A stretch of 64,000 bases of DNA, taken from Bacteroidales bacterium. Its GTDB lineage: Bacteria > Bacteroidota > Bacteroidia > Bacteroidales > UBA1715. Positions 25,290 to 34,975 of this stretch are shown one piece after another (the first letter of the stretch is position 1; each line of letters begins with the position of its first letter). Both the position numbers and the translations under genes were made by a program. Under the pieces are notes generated by a model. It did not search any database. It was not told where the DNA came from and saw nothing but the letters and a program-made list of their open reading frames with translations. The DNA lies in contig JAFXAU010000009.1 of assembly GCA_017516865.1 (NCBI GenBank), positions 151,498-215,497 of the forward strand, written 5' to 3'.

Positions 25290-28200
25290 TTAGTAGTCAC
25301 GTTCAACTTCGGCAATCTTCTTGTTGATTGCGGCAATTCTTTCGTCGTGCAAGACTTTCTTGTATTCAATTGGAACAACCTTTATGAATTTGTCAACATA
25401 GTCGTTCCAGTTGGTAAGAATGCGTTTTGCAATCGGGCTGCCCGTGTAGGTGTAGTGATTGTAGATGAGTTTTTGCAGTTCGTGAACGTCGTTGCTGTCT
25501 TCGAGGAGCGAAAGTTCAACCATTTCCATGTTGCAGAAATAGTCAAAATCGCCCTGCATGTTGAGCACGTATGCTATACCGCCACTCATACCGGCGGCGA
25601 AGTTTCGTCCCGTAGAGCCCAAAATCACCGCACGACCGCCAGTCATATATTCGCAGCAGTGGTCGCCAACGCCTTCCACAACGGCAATCGCGCCGCTGTT
25701 TCGCACGCAGAAACGTTCGCCCACGCGACCGCTGATGTAAACCTCGCCCGCAGTCGCACCATACAAGATTGTGTTTCCCGCAATGATGTTCTTTTCAGGA
25801 GCGTAAGTCGTGCCTTCGGCAGGAACAACGGCGATTTTACCACCCGAAAGACCTTTGCCCACGTAGTCGTTGCTGTCGCCTTCCAAACGGAACGAAACGC
25901 CGTGAGTGAGGAATGCCCCGAAACTTTGACCAGCAGAGCCCTTGAACGTCACTTTGATGGTGTCGTCAGGCAAACCTGCCTCGCCATATTTTCTTACAAT
26001 TTCGCCCGAAAGCATTGCACCAACCGTTCTGTCGGTATTTTCAATGGCAAAGTCAAGTTCCGTTTTCGAAGCGTTTTCAATAGATTTTTTGCATTGTTCA
26101 ATCAATGTGCTGTCGATGTTGCTTTCAACCACGTTGATGCCTCTCTTCACGCAACGAAGCGGATTTGTCTTTGCCTCCTTCGGCATGTAAATCAGCTTGG
26201 AAATGTCGATTTTGCTAATTTTGGAATTGCAGTCGAACGTTTTCGGCACAATCAAATCGGCACGGCCAACGGCTTCGTTCAATGTGCGGAAACCAAGTTG
26301 AGCCAAATGTTCACGGACATCTTCAGCCAAGAAGTTGAAGAAATTCATCACATATTCGTGACGGCCCAAGAAACGTTTGCGCAATTCAGGATCTTGCGTT
26401 GCTACGCCCATAGGGCACGTGTTTTTGTGACATTTACGCATCATTACGCAGCCAAGCACAATCAGCACGCTTGTTCCGAAACCGAATTCTTCGGCACCGA
26501 GCAAAGCGGAAATGATAATGTCGCGACCAGTCTTCAGCTGACCGTCGGCCTGCAAACGAACCAAGCCGCGCAAGTTGTTCATCACCAACGTCTGCTGAGC
26601 TTCGGCAAGACCAAGCTCGCCAGGCAGACCAGCGTGTTTTACCGAACTTACCGGACTTGCACCCGTACCGCCTTCGGCACCCGAAATCAAAATCAGGTCG
26701 GCTTTTGCCTTGGCAACACCGGCGGCAATTGTACCCACGCCCGTTTCGGAAACCAATTTCACGCTGATGGCAGCTTTCGGGTTCACGTTACGCAAGTCGA
26801 ATATGAGTTGTTTCAAATCCTCTATAGAATAAATATCGTGGTGAGGTGGAGGCGAAATCAACGAAATGCCAGGAATAGAGTGACGAGTTTTCGCAATCAC
26901 CTTGTCAACCTTGAAGCCCGGCAACTGACCGCCTTCGCCAGGTTTTGCACCTTGAGCCACTTTAATCTGAATTTCGTCGGCGTTTACCAAGTATTCCGTC
27001 GTCACGCCAAAACGACCAGAAGCGACTTGTTTGATGGCGCTTCGTGTAGAAAGTCCGTCTTCGCGTGGTTTGTAGCGGTCGGAATCCTCGCCGCCTTCGC
27101 CCGTGTTGCTTTTTGTTCCTAATTTATTCATTGCCATGGCAATTGCCTCGTGTGCCTCGGCACTGATTGCACCGAACGACATGGCACCTGCAACAAAATG
27201 TTTCACAATTTCGCTTGCCGGCTCAACTTCGGAAATGTCGATAGGATTCCGTTTGTAGTCCATAAAATCGCGGAGCCACATTGGATGTGCTTTTTCGTCA
27301 ACTGACTTTGTGAAGTCCTTGAACATTGCGTAGTCGCCCGAACGAGTTGCACGTTGCAATTTCGAGATAGTTTCGGGGTTCCAAGCGTGAAGTTCGCCGT
27401 CCTTGCGGAATGCGTAGTTTCCAGCGTTGGTAACCGTCCACGTTTCTTCCAAATCGGGAGCAAATGCCTGTTTGTGCGCTTCGGCAATGTCACGATAGAT
27501 GTCGCTCATATCAATACCGCCGATTTTTGAGTTTGTGCCTTTAAAATATTTGTCGAGCACGTATGAGCCAATGCCAATTGCCTCGAAAATCTGTGCGCCG
27601 CGGTAACTACGTATAGTGGCAATACCCATTTTCGACATAATTTTCATTATACCTTTGGTGATTGCCTTAACATAGTGATTTTGAGCGCTTTCGTAATCAA
27701 GAGAAATATTTCCGTTTTTGATTTCTTCCTTCAAGACGGCAAATGCCATATATGGGTTCACAATGTTAGCTCCGTAGCCGAACAACAATGCAAAGTGCAT
27801 AACTTCGCGCGGCTCGGCAGTTTCAACCACAATGGCTGTCTGCACACGTTTACGTTTTTCAACCAAATAATGGTGAACGGCAGAAACGGCAAGCAGCGAC
27901 GGAATTGCGGCGTGTTGTGCGTCAACACCACGGTCGCTCAGCACAATGTAGTTCTTGCCTGCATCCACGGCGTTTTCGGCTGCCTTGCACAAATCGTCAA
28001 CGGCTTTTTCCAATCCTTCGGCACCATATTGCGGGTCGAAGACCATTGGGAGAACGGTGGTTGAGAAACCTTTGTAGTTAAGGTTTTCAAGCAAATCGAA
28101 CTGAATGTTTGTCAGAATCGGATTTTTGATTCTCACCATTTTACAAATTTCGGGAGCCGGTTCCAGCAAATTCGTGTGGATAGAACCCACGTAGCTCGTC

Positions 28201-29798
28201 ATAGACATTACCAATTCCTCGCGAATCGGGTCGATTGGCGGGTTGGTGACTTGTGCGAACAGTTGGCGAAAATAGGCGAACAACCGTTGTGGTTTGTCGG
28301 AAATGACAGCCAATGGCGTGTCGTTACCCATTGAATTAACAGGTTCCTTGCCTTCCAACGCCATCGACGTGATGAGAAAATCAATATCTTCCTTGGTGTA
28401 GCCAAACTCCTTCACCATCGCCTTGTAGTTCGGCAACTCAATTTGTGCCGTACGACCCGACGATACAGTTGACAAGTCAATTCTATTTTTCTGCAACCAT
28501 TCCTTATATGGATACGCTTTTGCAAGCGTGTCCTTAATTTCGGGGTCATAGTGGATTTCGCCTTTTTCGGTGTCAATCAAAAACATTTTACCCGGACGAA
28601 GACGACCTTTTTCGCGAATTTCCGACGCATTGAATTTCAGCACGCCCGTTTCCGAAGCCATCACTAACAAATCATCGTTTGTGATTAGGTAGCGGGCAGG
28701 GCGAAGACCGTTTCTGTCCAGCATACCGCCTACATAGCGTCCGTCGGTGAACATAAGGTCGGCAGGGCCGTCCCACGGTTCCATAAAAATGCTGTGATAT
28801 TCGTAGAATGCCTTCAAATCGTCGGAAATTGGATTCTTTTCGTTCCAACTTTCAGGCACGAGCATCGAAAGTGCGTGCGGCAACGAAAGTCCAGCCATCA
28901 TAAGAAATTCGAACACGTTGTCGAGCGAGGCGCTATCGCTCATATCTGGCTGAACAATAGGGAACAGTTCCTTCAAGTCGCCAAGTTTGTCGGATTTCAG
29001 CACGCTTTCGCGGGCCGCCATCCAGATACGGTTTCCTTTTATAGTATTGATTTCACCGTTGTGACCCAGCAAACGGAACGGTTGGGCCAAATTCCACGTA
29101 GGGAACGTGTTGGTACTGAAACGAGAGTGAACCAACGAAATGGCACTGGTGAAATTCGGGTTGGTCAAATCCTTGTAGTATTCGCGCAGCTGCGGCGAAG
29201 TCAACATACCTTTGTAAACAATCGTTTTTGTTGACAAACTATTGATGTAGAAATCGCTTTTGTGTTCCAACGGCGAATTCATAACGGCAATTTCCGTTTT
29301 CTTACGAGCAACATACAGTTTTCGTTCCAAGTCGTCCTGACTTTCGCCGCCAGTGACGAACACCTGTTTTACCTGCGGTTCGGTAGCAAGCGAACCCTTA
29401 CCCAAAATGCTGCTGTCAACGGGCACATCGCGTACTGCAATCAGCGAAAGAGATTCATTCTGAATCTCGTTTTTGAAAATCGACATACAACTGTCGGCTT
29501 CGCTTTGATTTTTTGGTAAGAAGAACAAGCCCGTTCCATAACGACCTTTTTCGGGAACAGCAATTCCCTGTAATAGAATAAATTCGTGCGGAATTTGCAC
29601 CAAAATGCCGGCACCGTCGCCAGTTTTTGCGTCAATACCTTCGGCACCGCGGTGGTTCATGTGTTCCAGCACTTGCAGACCTTTTTCAACTATATCGTGC
29701 GATTTTCCGCCGTGCAACTGTGCAACAATTCCCACACCGCACGCGTCGTGTTCATTTTCGCGACTGTATAAACCTTGCTGCTGATAAGAATCTTCCAT
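25290..29798 (-). CDS. gltB: Glutamate synthase large subunit
   Basis: The start is moved to MEDSYQQQGLYSRENEHDACGVGIV (ATG at 29798). The amidotransferase Cys then sits at its usual distance from the start and the overlap with glnA disappears. The amidotransferase, FMN and GXGXG C-terminal regions are all recognisable. Confidence 0.95.
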   Translation of the reverse strand: MEDSYQQQGLYSRENEHDACGVGIVAQLHGGKSHDIVEKGLQVLEHMNHRGAEGIDAKTGDGAGILVQIPHEFILLQGIAVPEKGRYGTGLFFLPKNQSEADSCMSIFKNEIQNESLSLIAVRDVPVDSSILGKGSLATEPQVKQVFVTGGESQDDLERKLYVARKKTEIAVMNSPLEHKSDFYINSLSTKTIVYKGMLTSPQLREYYKDLTNPNFTSAISLVHSRFSTNTFPTWNLAQPFRLLGHNGEINTIKGNRIWMAARESVLKSDKLGDLKELFPIVQPDMSDSASLDNVFEFLMMAGLSLPHALSMLVPESWNEKNPISDDLKAFYEYHSIFMEPWDGPADLMFTDGRYVGGMLDRNGLRPARYLITNDDLLVMASETGVLKFNASEIREKGRLRPGKMFLIDTEKGEIHYDPEIKDTLAKAYPYKEWLQKNRIDLSTVSSGRTAQIELPNYKAMVKEFGYTKEDIDFLITSMALEGKEPVNSMGNDTPLAVISDKPQRLFAYFRQLFAQVTNPPIDPIREELVMSMTSYVGSIHTNLLEPAPEICKMVRIKNPILTNIQFDLLENLNYKGFSTTVLPMVFDPQYGAEGLEKAVDDLCKAAENAVDAGKNYIVLSDRGVDAQHAAIPSLLAVSAVHHYLVEKRKRVQTAIVVETAEPREVMHFALLFGYGANIVNPYMAFAVLKEEIKNGNISLDYESAQNHYVKAITKGIMKIMSKMGIATIRSYRGAQIFEAIGIGSYVLDKYFKGTNSKIGGIDMSDIYRDIAEAHKQAFAPDLEETWTVTNAGNYAFRKDGELHAWNPETISKLQRATRSGDYAMFKDFTKSVDEKAHPMWLRDFMDYKRNPIDISEVEPASEIVKHFVAGAMSFGAISAEAHEAIAMAMNKLGTKSNTGEGGEDSDRYKPREDGLSTRSAIKQVASGRFGVTTEYLVNADEIQIKVAQGAKPGEGGQLPGFKVDKVIAKTRHSIPGISLISPPPHHDIYSIEDLKQLIFDLRNVNPKAAISVKLVSETGVGTIAAGVAKAKADLILISGAEGGTGASPVSSVKHAGLPGELGLAEAQQTLVMNNLRGLVRLQADGQLKTGRDIIISALLGAEEFGFGTSVLIVLGCVMMRKCHKNTCPMGVATQDPELRKRFLGRHEYVMNFFNFLAEDVREHLAQLGFRTLNEAVGRADLIVPKTFDCNSKISKIDISKLIYMPKEAKTNPLRCVKRGINVVESNIDSTLIEQCKKSIENASKTELDFAIENTDRTVGAMLSGEIVRKYGEAGLPDDTIKVTFKGSAGQSFGAFLTHGVSFRLEGDSNDYVGKGLSGGKIAVVPAEGTTYAPEKNIIAGNTILYGATAGEVYISGRVGERFCVRNSGAIAVVEGVGDHCCEYMTGGRAVILGSTGRNFAAGMSGGIAYVLNMQGDFDYFCNMEMVELSLLEDSNDVHELQKLIYNHYTYTGSPIAKRILTNWNDYVDKFIKVVPIEYKKVLHDERIAAINKKIAEVERDY

Positions 29799-29811
29799 AT
29801 TATTTCGTTTT

Positions 29812-29845
29812 TTGTAAAAAGGACGACGGCAAAACCGCCGTCCCG
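29812..29845 (-). terminator. Rho-independent terminator after glnA
   Basis: The minus strand reads gggacggcgg-tttt-gccgtcgtcc followed by TTTTT. Confidence 0.65.
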
Positions 29846-29854
29846 CATTTCTAA

Positions 29855-32050
29855 TTATCTGATAAACAATAACTCTCTGTATTTTGGCAATGTCCACATT
29901 TCATCGTCGACAATCATTTCCAACTTGTCGGCGTGGTAACGAATCTGGTCGAAGAACGGCAAGACCGTTTCCTGATATGCGAGTGCCTTTTTCTTTTCGT
30001 CTTTGATTTTGTTGGCAACTTTGCGTGCTTCAACCATCTGTTCAACAAAACCTTTCACTGCCGAAATGTGTTCCGACAAATCTTCAATGGTTGAATTGTC
30101 GTGAGCGGCAAGTTTCTTCGCTTTTGCAGCGCCATACACTTGCGATATTTTGAATACGTTGTCCAAAAGCATTGACTGATAACGAGTTGCTACTGGAATG
30201 ATGTGATTCAAGACTAAATCGCCAAGTACACGAGCTTCGATTTGGATTTTCTTTGTATAGATTTCCCATTTAACCTCGTTACGGGCTTCCAATTCTTTGG
30301 CTGTGAATACTTTGCAATCTTCGAACATTTTGATGGAAGCTTTTGTAGTATAGGCGTCGTAGATTTTTGGAACGCTTGTTTCGCAGTCCAAGCCACGTTT
30401 TTTCGCTTCTTTCTTCCACTCGTCGCTGTAGCCGTTGCCGTCGAAACGGATTGCCTTACATTCTTTAATGTATGCCTTCAAAACCGAGAAGATTGCTTCT
30501 TCCTTGCCCATGCCCTTTGCAATCTTAGCATCGACGGCAGTCTTGAATTCCTTCAACTGAGCAGCCACGGCAGTGTTCAACGCAATCATTGCAGAACCGC
30601 AGTTTGCCGAAGAACCCACAGCACGGAACTCGAAGCGGTTTCCTGTGAATGCGAATGGCGACGTACGGTTACGGTCGGTGTTGTCGAGCAACACTTCGGG
30701 CAATTTTGCGATACCAAGACTCACTTTACGTTTTCCGTCAACTTTGAGAGCTTCGTCGCCACTGTTTTTCTCGATTTTGTCGAGAATTGCCGACAACTGC
30801 GAGCCCAAGAAGATAGAAATAATTGCTGGAGGCGCTTCGTTCGCGCCAAGACGGTGAGCGTTGGAAGCCGTCATAATTGATGCCTTGAGCAATGCGTTGT
30901 TTTTGTAAACTGCCATCAACGTGTTCACAATAAATGTGACGAACTGAAGGTTTTCCGATGCAGTTTTTCCTGGAGTGAACAAGCCCACGCCCGTGTTGGT
31001 TCCAAGTGACCAGTTGTTGTGTTTTCCCGAACCGTTGATTCCGGCAAATGGTTTTTCGTGCAGCAGTACGCGGAATCCGTGTTTGCGGGCAACACGCTTC
31101 ATAATCGACATAATGAGCAAGTTCTGGTCGCTTGCCAAGTTTGTTTCGCCAAAAATCGGAGCCAACTCGAACTGGTTCGGAGCAACCTCGTTGTGGCGAG
31201 TTTTACAAGGAATACCATATTTATATGCCTCAAACTCGATTTCTTTCATAAACGCCTGAACACGTTCGGGAATAGCACCGAAATAGTGGTCTTCCAACTG
31301 CTGGTTTTTTGCAGATTCGTGTCCGACCAACGTGCGGCCTGTCAGCAACAAGTCGGGACGAGTGGCGTACAAACCTTCGTCAACCAAGAAATATTCCTGT
31401 TCCCAACCCAAATATGAATACACTTTCTTCACATTTTTGTCGAAATACTGGCAAACCGACACAGCTGCCTTGTCAACTGCGTTCAACGCTTTCAGAAGCG
31501 GAGCCTTGTAGTCGAGCGATTCACCTGTGTAAGAAATGAATACTGTTGGGATACACAATGTATCGTCAACGATGAATGCCGGCGATGAAGGGTCCCATGC
31601 AGAATAACCACGAGCTTCGAATGTGTTACGCAATCCACCACTTGGGAAACTTGATGCGTCAGGTTCCTGCTGAACGAGCAATTTTCCAGAAAATTCTTCG
31701 ATAACGCCTTCGCCCGGAGCGCCGGCATATTCAATGAAAGAATCGTGTTTTTCGGCAGTTCCGTCCGTTAGCGGCTGGAACCAGTGCGTATAGTGCGTTG
31801 CCCCCAAATCCATAGCCCACTGTTTCATACCAGCGGCAACGTGATTTGCGATGTCGCGATCCAACGTCGCACCATTATCAATTACGTCACGAATGACTTT
31901 TACTGTTTCTTTTGACAAGTATTTAGCCATCTGTTCACGACCAAACACATACTTTCCGAAATACTCCGAAGTCAAACCTTTGGGAGCTTCCACGGCTACC
32001 GCTTTCTTTTTGAATGCCTCGCCTACCACTTGAAATCTTAAATTTGCCAT
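29855..32050 (-). CDS. glnA: Glutamine synthetase type III
   Basis: At 731 aa it is the Bacteroides GSIII size class. The N-terminus is MANLRFQVV...YFGKYVF, and THYTHWFQPLT is present. Confidence 0.9.
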   Translation of the reverse strand: MANLRFQVVGEAFKKKAVAVEAPKGLTSEYFGKYVFGREQMAKYLSKETVKVIRDVIDNGATLDRDIANHVAAGMKQWAMDLGATHYTHWFQPLTDGTAEKHDSFIEYAGAPGEGVIEEFSGKLLVQQEPDASSFPSGGLRNTFEARGYSAWDPSSPAFIVDDTLCIPTVFISYTGESLDYKAPLLKALNAVDKAAVSVCQYFDKNVKKVYSYLGWEQEYFLVDEGLYATRPDLLLTGRTLVGHESAKNQQLEDHYFGAIPERVQAFMKEIEFEAYKYGIPCKTRHNEVAPNQFELAPIFGETNLASDQNLLIMSIMKRVARKHGFRVLLHEKPFAGINGSGKHNNWSLGTNTGVGLFTPGKTASENLQFVTFIVNTLMAVYKNNALLKASIMTASNAHRLGANEAPPAIISIFLGSQLSAILDKIEKNSGDEALKVDGKRKVSLGIAKLPEVLLDNTDRNRTSPFAFTGNRFEFRAVGSSANCGSAMIALNTAVAAQLKEFKTAVDAKIAKGMGKEEAIFSVLKAYIKECKAIRFDGNGYSDEWKKEAKKRGLDCETSVPKIYDAYTTKASIKMFEDCKVFTAKELEARNEVKWEIYTKKIQIEARVLGDLVLNHIIPVATRYQSMLLDNVFKISQVYGAAKAKKLAAHDNSTIEDLSEHISAVKGFVEQMVEARKVANKIKDEKKKALAYQETVLPFFDQIRYHADKLEMIVDDEMWTLPKYRELLFIR

Positions 32051-32839
32051 ATCCTTTGGTTTTTATGATTTACATTAGAATCGTCATTTTTCGGTCATTT
32101 TGTAACCGTTTCAATGCTTTTGCTTAAAAATTTCAATGCAAATAAATATAAATAATTTCAAATTGTAAGCATGGAGTATCGAAAATCTTTAAATTTTATA
32201 TAAAATTACGTGAATTTCGTACAAAAGAGAAAGCAGAATGAGGGAAAATACTTACAAAGTAAAAAAGAACCTAAATAACCGCATTACATTTAAGTACATG
32301 CAACGTGTTATATCATCTTAGAACTTATGACAGAGCGAGGAGTGGCATAATGAAGGTATATCATACATCAAATATTGAAATTCAAACCCCTGAGCGAGTA
32401 GTCTTTATTTCAACACTCCAATCAATCTGATTTTGTACATAACTATATCATTTGGCGAACCAAAAGTTTTTCCTATATTTGCCTAATTCACAAATTATTG
32501 AGTGAAGGAAATAACATGGTATCAATAATTTAAATACTTTTTGCCTATGATGTAACAGCGTTTAACGCACAATTAAATATAAAAAGCGTTATATTAATTC
32601 TTTGCTTTCAGAAAGTTTGGCGATTTAATGAAAGTACACAAATATCGAATAATGTAATGTTTCACGTTTTTGCGTGGGACTTACTTTATCTGATTTGTGT
32701 AGGTATGCCAAACACCTCTGAAAGCGAGATACTGTTAAGTACCACGCTTTTTTTATGTGCATACTCCAACGGGTACTTTCGAGGCTATGCTGAAACTCGG
32801 TTAACAAGAAGTAGGCAACATTATTAAAACATAGAAGAA

Positions 32840-33793
32840 ATGAAAAAGATAATAATATTAGGATTAGCGTTGTGTTCCATGATTTCTTGTAAAAAATACG
32901 ATGATTCAGAATTATGGGACGCAGTAAATAAATTACAAGCAGATACAGTTAAAGAAGAAAATACTCAAACTGTTGTAGCAATTGAAAAAGGTGCGATAAA
33001 AGCGGCTTTTTCAGTTGAAGAAGGTAAACAGGTATACTTTTCGATGGGGAATTTACAATATAACGCAGGCTCTAATGTATGGCGTTTTGCAACAAATCAA
33101 TGGGAAACAATTGGAGAAGAAAATGAAAACAAAACGGAAGATTACTCAGGCTGGATTGATTTATTTGGATGGGGAACAAGTGGCTGGAATAGCGGAGCTC
33201 TTTGTTATCAACCTTGGTCATCAAGTGGTAATAATGCGGACTATTATCCAGGGAATTCATCTGAAAATAATCTTTCTGGAAAATTTGCAAATGCTGATTG
33301 GGGGGTATACAATAAAATTGCAAATGGCGGTAATGAAAAAGGTATATGGAGAACTTTGTCTCAAAAAGAATGGAGTTATTTGATAAAATCGAGGACTAAT
33401 GCTTCAAGTAAACAAGGTTTAGCAAATGTTAATGGTATAAATGGTCTAATTATTCTTCCAGATGAGTTTACATTACCCAATGGCGTCTCGTTTAATAGTG
33501 GTGGTTATGCAGGGGAGTCTTACGAAGTTCTATATCAAACTGTGAATACTTATACTTTGACACAGTGGATAAAAATGGAAGAAGCAGGTGCCGTTTTTCT
33601 ACCAGCCGCAGGTAATTATGCAAGTGGAAAACTTCAATATTTTGGCATTTCTGGAAACTATTGGTCAACAACTGCCAAGGATGATAATTATGTTTATGGA
33701 CTAGCTTTTTCAACTAATAAAATTGAAACGACGGGTAGTACAACCAATCGCAGTCCGAGTCGTTCAGTGCGTTTAGTTCAAGATGTAAAATAA
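32840..33793 (+). CDS. Surface lipoprotein with conserved uncharacterised C-terminal domain (paralog of the C-terminus of 42730..44232)
   Basis: Lipobox LALCSMISC. The shared blocks are GKQVYFSMGNLQYN, GWIDLFGWGTSGW, ANADWGVYN, WRTLS..EW.YL, FLPAAG and VRLVQDVK. Confidence 0.55.
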   Translation: MKKIIILGLALCSMISCKKYDDSELWDAVNKLQADTVKEENTQTVVAIEKGAIKAAFSVEEGKQVYFSMGNLQYNAGSNVWRFATNQWETIGEENENKTEDYSGWIDLFGWGTSGWNSGALCYQPWSSSGNNADYYPGNSSENNLSGKFANADWGVYNKIANGGNEKGIWRTLSQKEWSYLIKSRTNASSKQGLANVNGINGLIILPDEFTLPNGVSFNSGGYAGESYEVLYQTVNTYTLTQWIKMEEAGAVFLPAAGNYASGKLQYFGISGNYWSTTAKDDNYVYGLAFSTNKIETTGSTTNRSPSRSVRLVQDVK

Positions 33794-33812
33794 GCAAAGG
33801 TTTAAATGTTTC

Positions 33813-33850
33813 AACAAGCAGAATTCCTAACGGGGTTCTGCTTGTTTTTT
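33813..33850 (+). terminator. Rho-independent terminator
   Basis: aacaagcagaa / ttctgcttgtt forms an 11-bp stem with a 12-nt loop, followed by TTTTT. Confidence 0.7.
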
Positions 33851-33855
33851 CCCCA

Positions 33856-33887
33856 TTTGCAAAAGCAAAAAGAAAACGATATATTTG
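33856..33887 (+). promoter_or_regulatory. Bacteroidetes-type promoter (-33 TTTG, -7 TATATTTG)
   Basis: TTTG lies at 33856-33859 and TAnnTTTG at 33880-33887, with a 20-nt spacer. ATG 33903 follows. Confidence 0.5.
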
Positions 33888-33902
33888 CAGAAAGAAAATG
33901 AT

Positions 33903-34715
33903 ATGTCAAATAGTGAATTTTGGGAATCTATACAAACCCTTCTAAAAGAAGGGTTTTCAACTCAAAATCTACAAAAACTGGATTCGTATGCAGAACAATT
34001 TATTAGCGGGAAACTTCTTTATAAACGATTTTCATCGTGCGAACAGTATGGCTGCACAACGGGAGGTTCAACGCATGTCATTGCATCCTTACTCGCGGGA
34101 GCAAATGCTTCGACAGATTGCTCAACTCAAACAGTCAACTCATTCAAAAAAGAATACGAACTTGCAAAGAAGCAAGAAAACAATATAGAATTGTGGGCAC
34201 GCGCTACTGATTGCTGGACTGAAAATATAGACGTTACTCTCTCAAAACTTTTAGGTGAAAAACTTACAGAAGGCGGTGAGGCTATCGTTTATGCAAACGG
34301 AACCTCACTCGTAAAATCAATTGGTTTAGACTATTTTATTCAACCCATCCTTGCTCTTGATAGAATTACATTACACAACACTTATTTCCCTGAAACAAAG
34401 TTTACTGTTATTGGCTTTGGAAGAAACGAAAATGGCGATTTCAAAGTAATGGTAAAACAGCCATTCATACAAGGATCTCAATTAACCGATGATGAAATTC
34501 GCAAGTTTGTAACAAGTTTAGGGTTTGAAATGAAAAATCCACGTAATTGGACGTATGCAACGCCCCAAATTTATTTAAGCGATATGCATGACGAAAATGT
34601 CATTAAAGCAAATAATGGAAGTATTTTCGTTATAGATTGCGATATTCGAATCAATACTCCGGATTTGAGACAAGGAGGTATTCGAACTTTAACAACAAAT
34701 GTTGAGTTTTTATAG
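33903..34715 (+). CDS. Hypothetical protein with atypical protein-kinase-fold motifs
   Basis: The ATG at 33903 is preferred over the TTG at 33885 because the promoter box overlaps the TTG. GGEAIVYA is Gly-loop-like. LSDMHDENVIKANNGSIFVIDCDI resembles a catalytic D.H..N segment plus a metal-binding D. It is reminiscent of the polyvalent-protein kinase domain family. Confidence 0.4.
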   Translation: MSNSEFWESIQTLLKEGFSTQNLQKLDSYAEQFISGKLLYKRFSSCEQYGCTTGGSTHVIASLLAGANASTDCSTQTVNSFKKEYELAKKQENNIELWARATDCWTENIDVTLSKLLGEKLTEGGEAIVYANGTSLVKSIGLDYFIQPILALDRITLHNTYFPETKFTVIGFGRNENGDFKVMVKQPFIQGSQLTDDEIRKFVTSLGFEMKNPRNWTYATPQIYLSDMHDENVIKANNGSIFVIDCDIRINTPDLRQGGIRTLTTNVEFL

Positions 34716-34975
34716 TTCTTTAGAATGTCAAAGAGAGGTGGAATCCATGACTCAACAAGCATTGCAAGAATCTGACAGCTTGAAATCTACATAAAAACGG
34801 CTGCCAAATTCATTAGCAGCTGTTTGAAAGATGTCATTCTATTTTACAATAGCGATACGAGTCTCTAACTGTTGCAACAGGTGTTCGGTAAAGAGTTTCT
34901 CCATTGCTTCGCGTTAGGTAGGAAGTTAATCTAACTTTCGCTATCGTCGAAAACAAAACAGTTGACGTTATAGCC

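Noticed and set aside
25347-27122. 591-aa plus-strand ORF. Other long antisense ORFs are of the same kind: 24472..25293, 35594..36274, 37385..38164, 39440..40192, 48948..49853, 50285..51109, 60299..60913 and 42179..42844.
   Set aside because: All lie entirely antisense to genes with unmistakable family signatures (gltB, gltD, carB, purF, oadA, oadB, the U32 peptidase, Fic). They have Arg/His/Phe/Cys-rich, motif-free translations typical of shadow ORFs.
29799-29897. N-terminal extension of gltB (MDIAKIQRVIVYQ...) given in the ORF track.
   Set aside because: It overlaps the 3' end of glnA and the glnA terminator hairpin. The internal MEDSYQQQ start places the catalytic Cys at its usual position.
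32350-32430. 26-codon ORF MKVYHTSNIEIQTPERVVFISTLQSI inside the 790-bp glnA upstream region. Its start resembles the N-terminus of DUF3990 proteins (M.LYHGSN.EI..P).
   Set aside because: Only about 15 residues match from memory and the frame stops immediately. That is too short to support a pseudogene call without a database alignment.
34797-34975. 180-bp gap after carB, containing the hairpin acggctgc/gcagctgt (34797-34830) and the 12-bp palindrome ctgttgcaacag (34868-34879). I considered it as an sRNA locus.
   Set aside because: The hairpin is adequately explained as a shared terminator of the convergent kinase-like and carB genes. I can see nothing else there that is specific.
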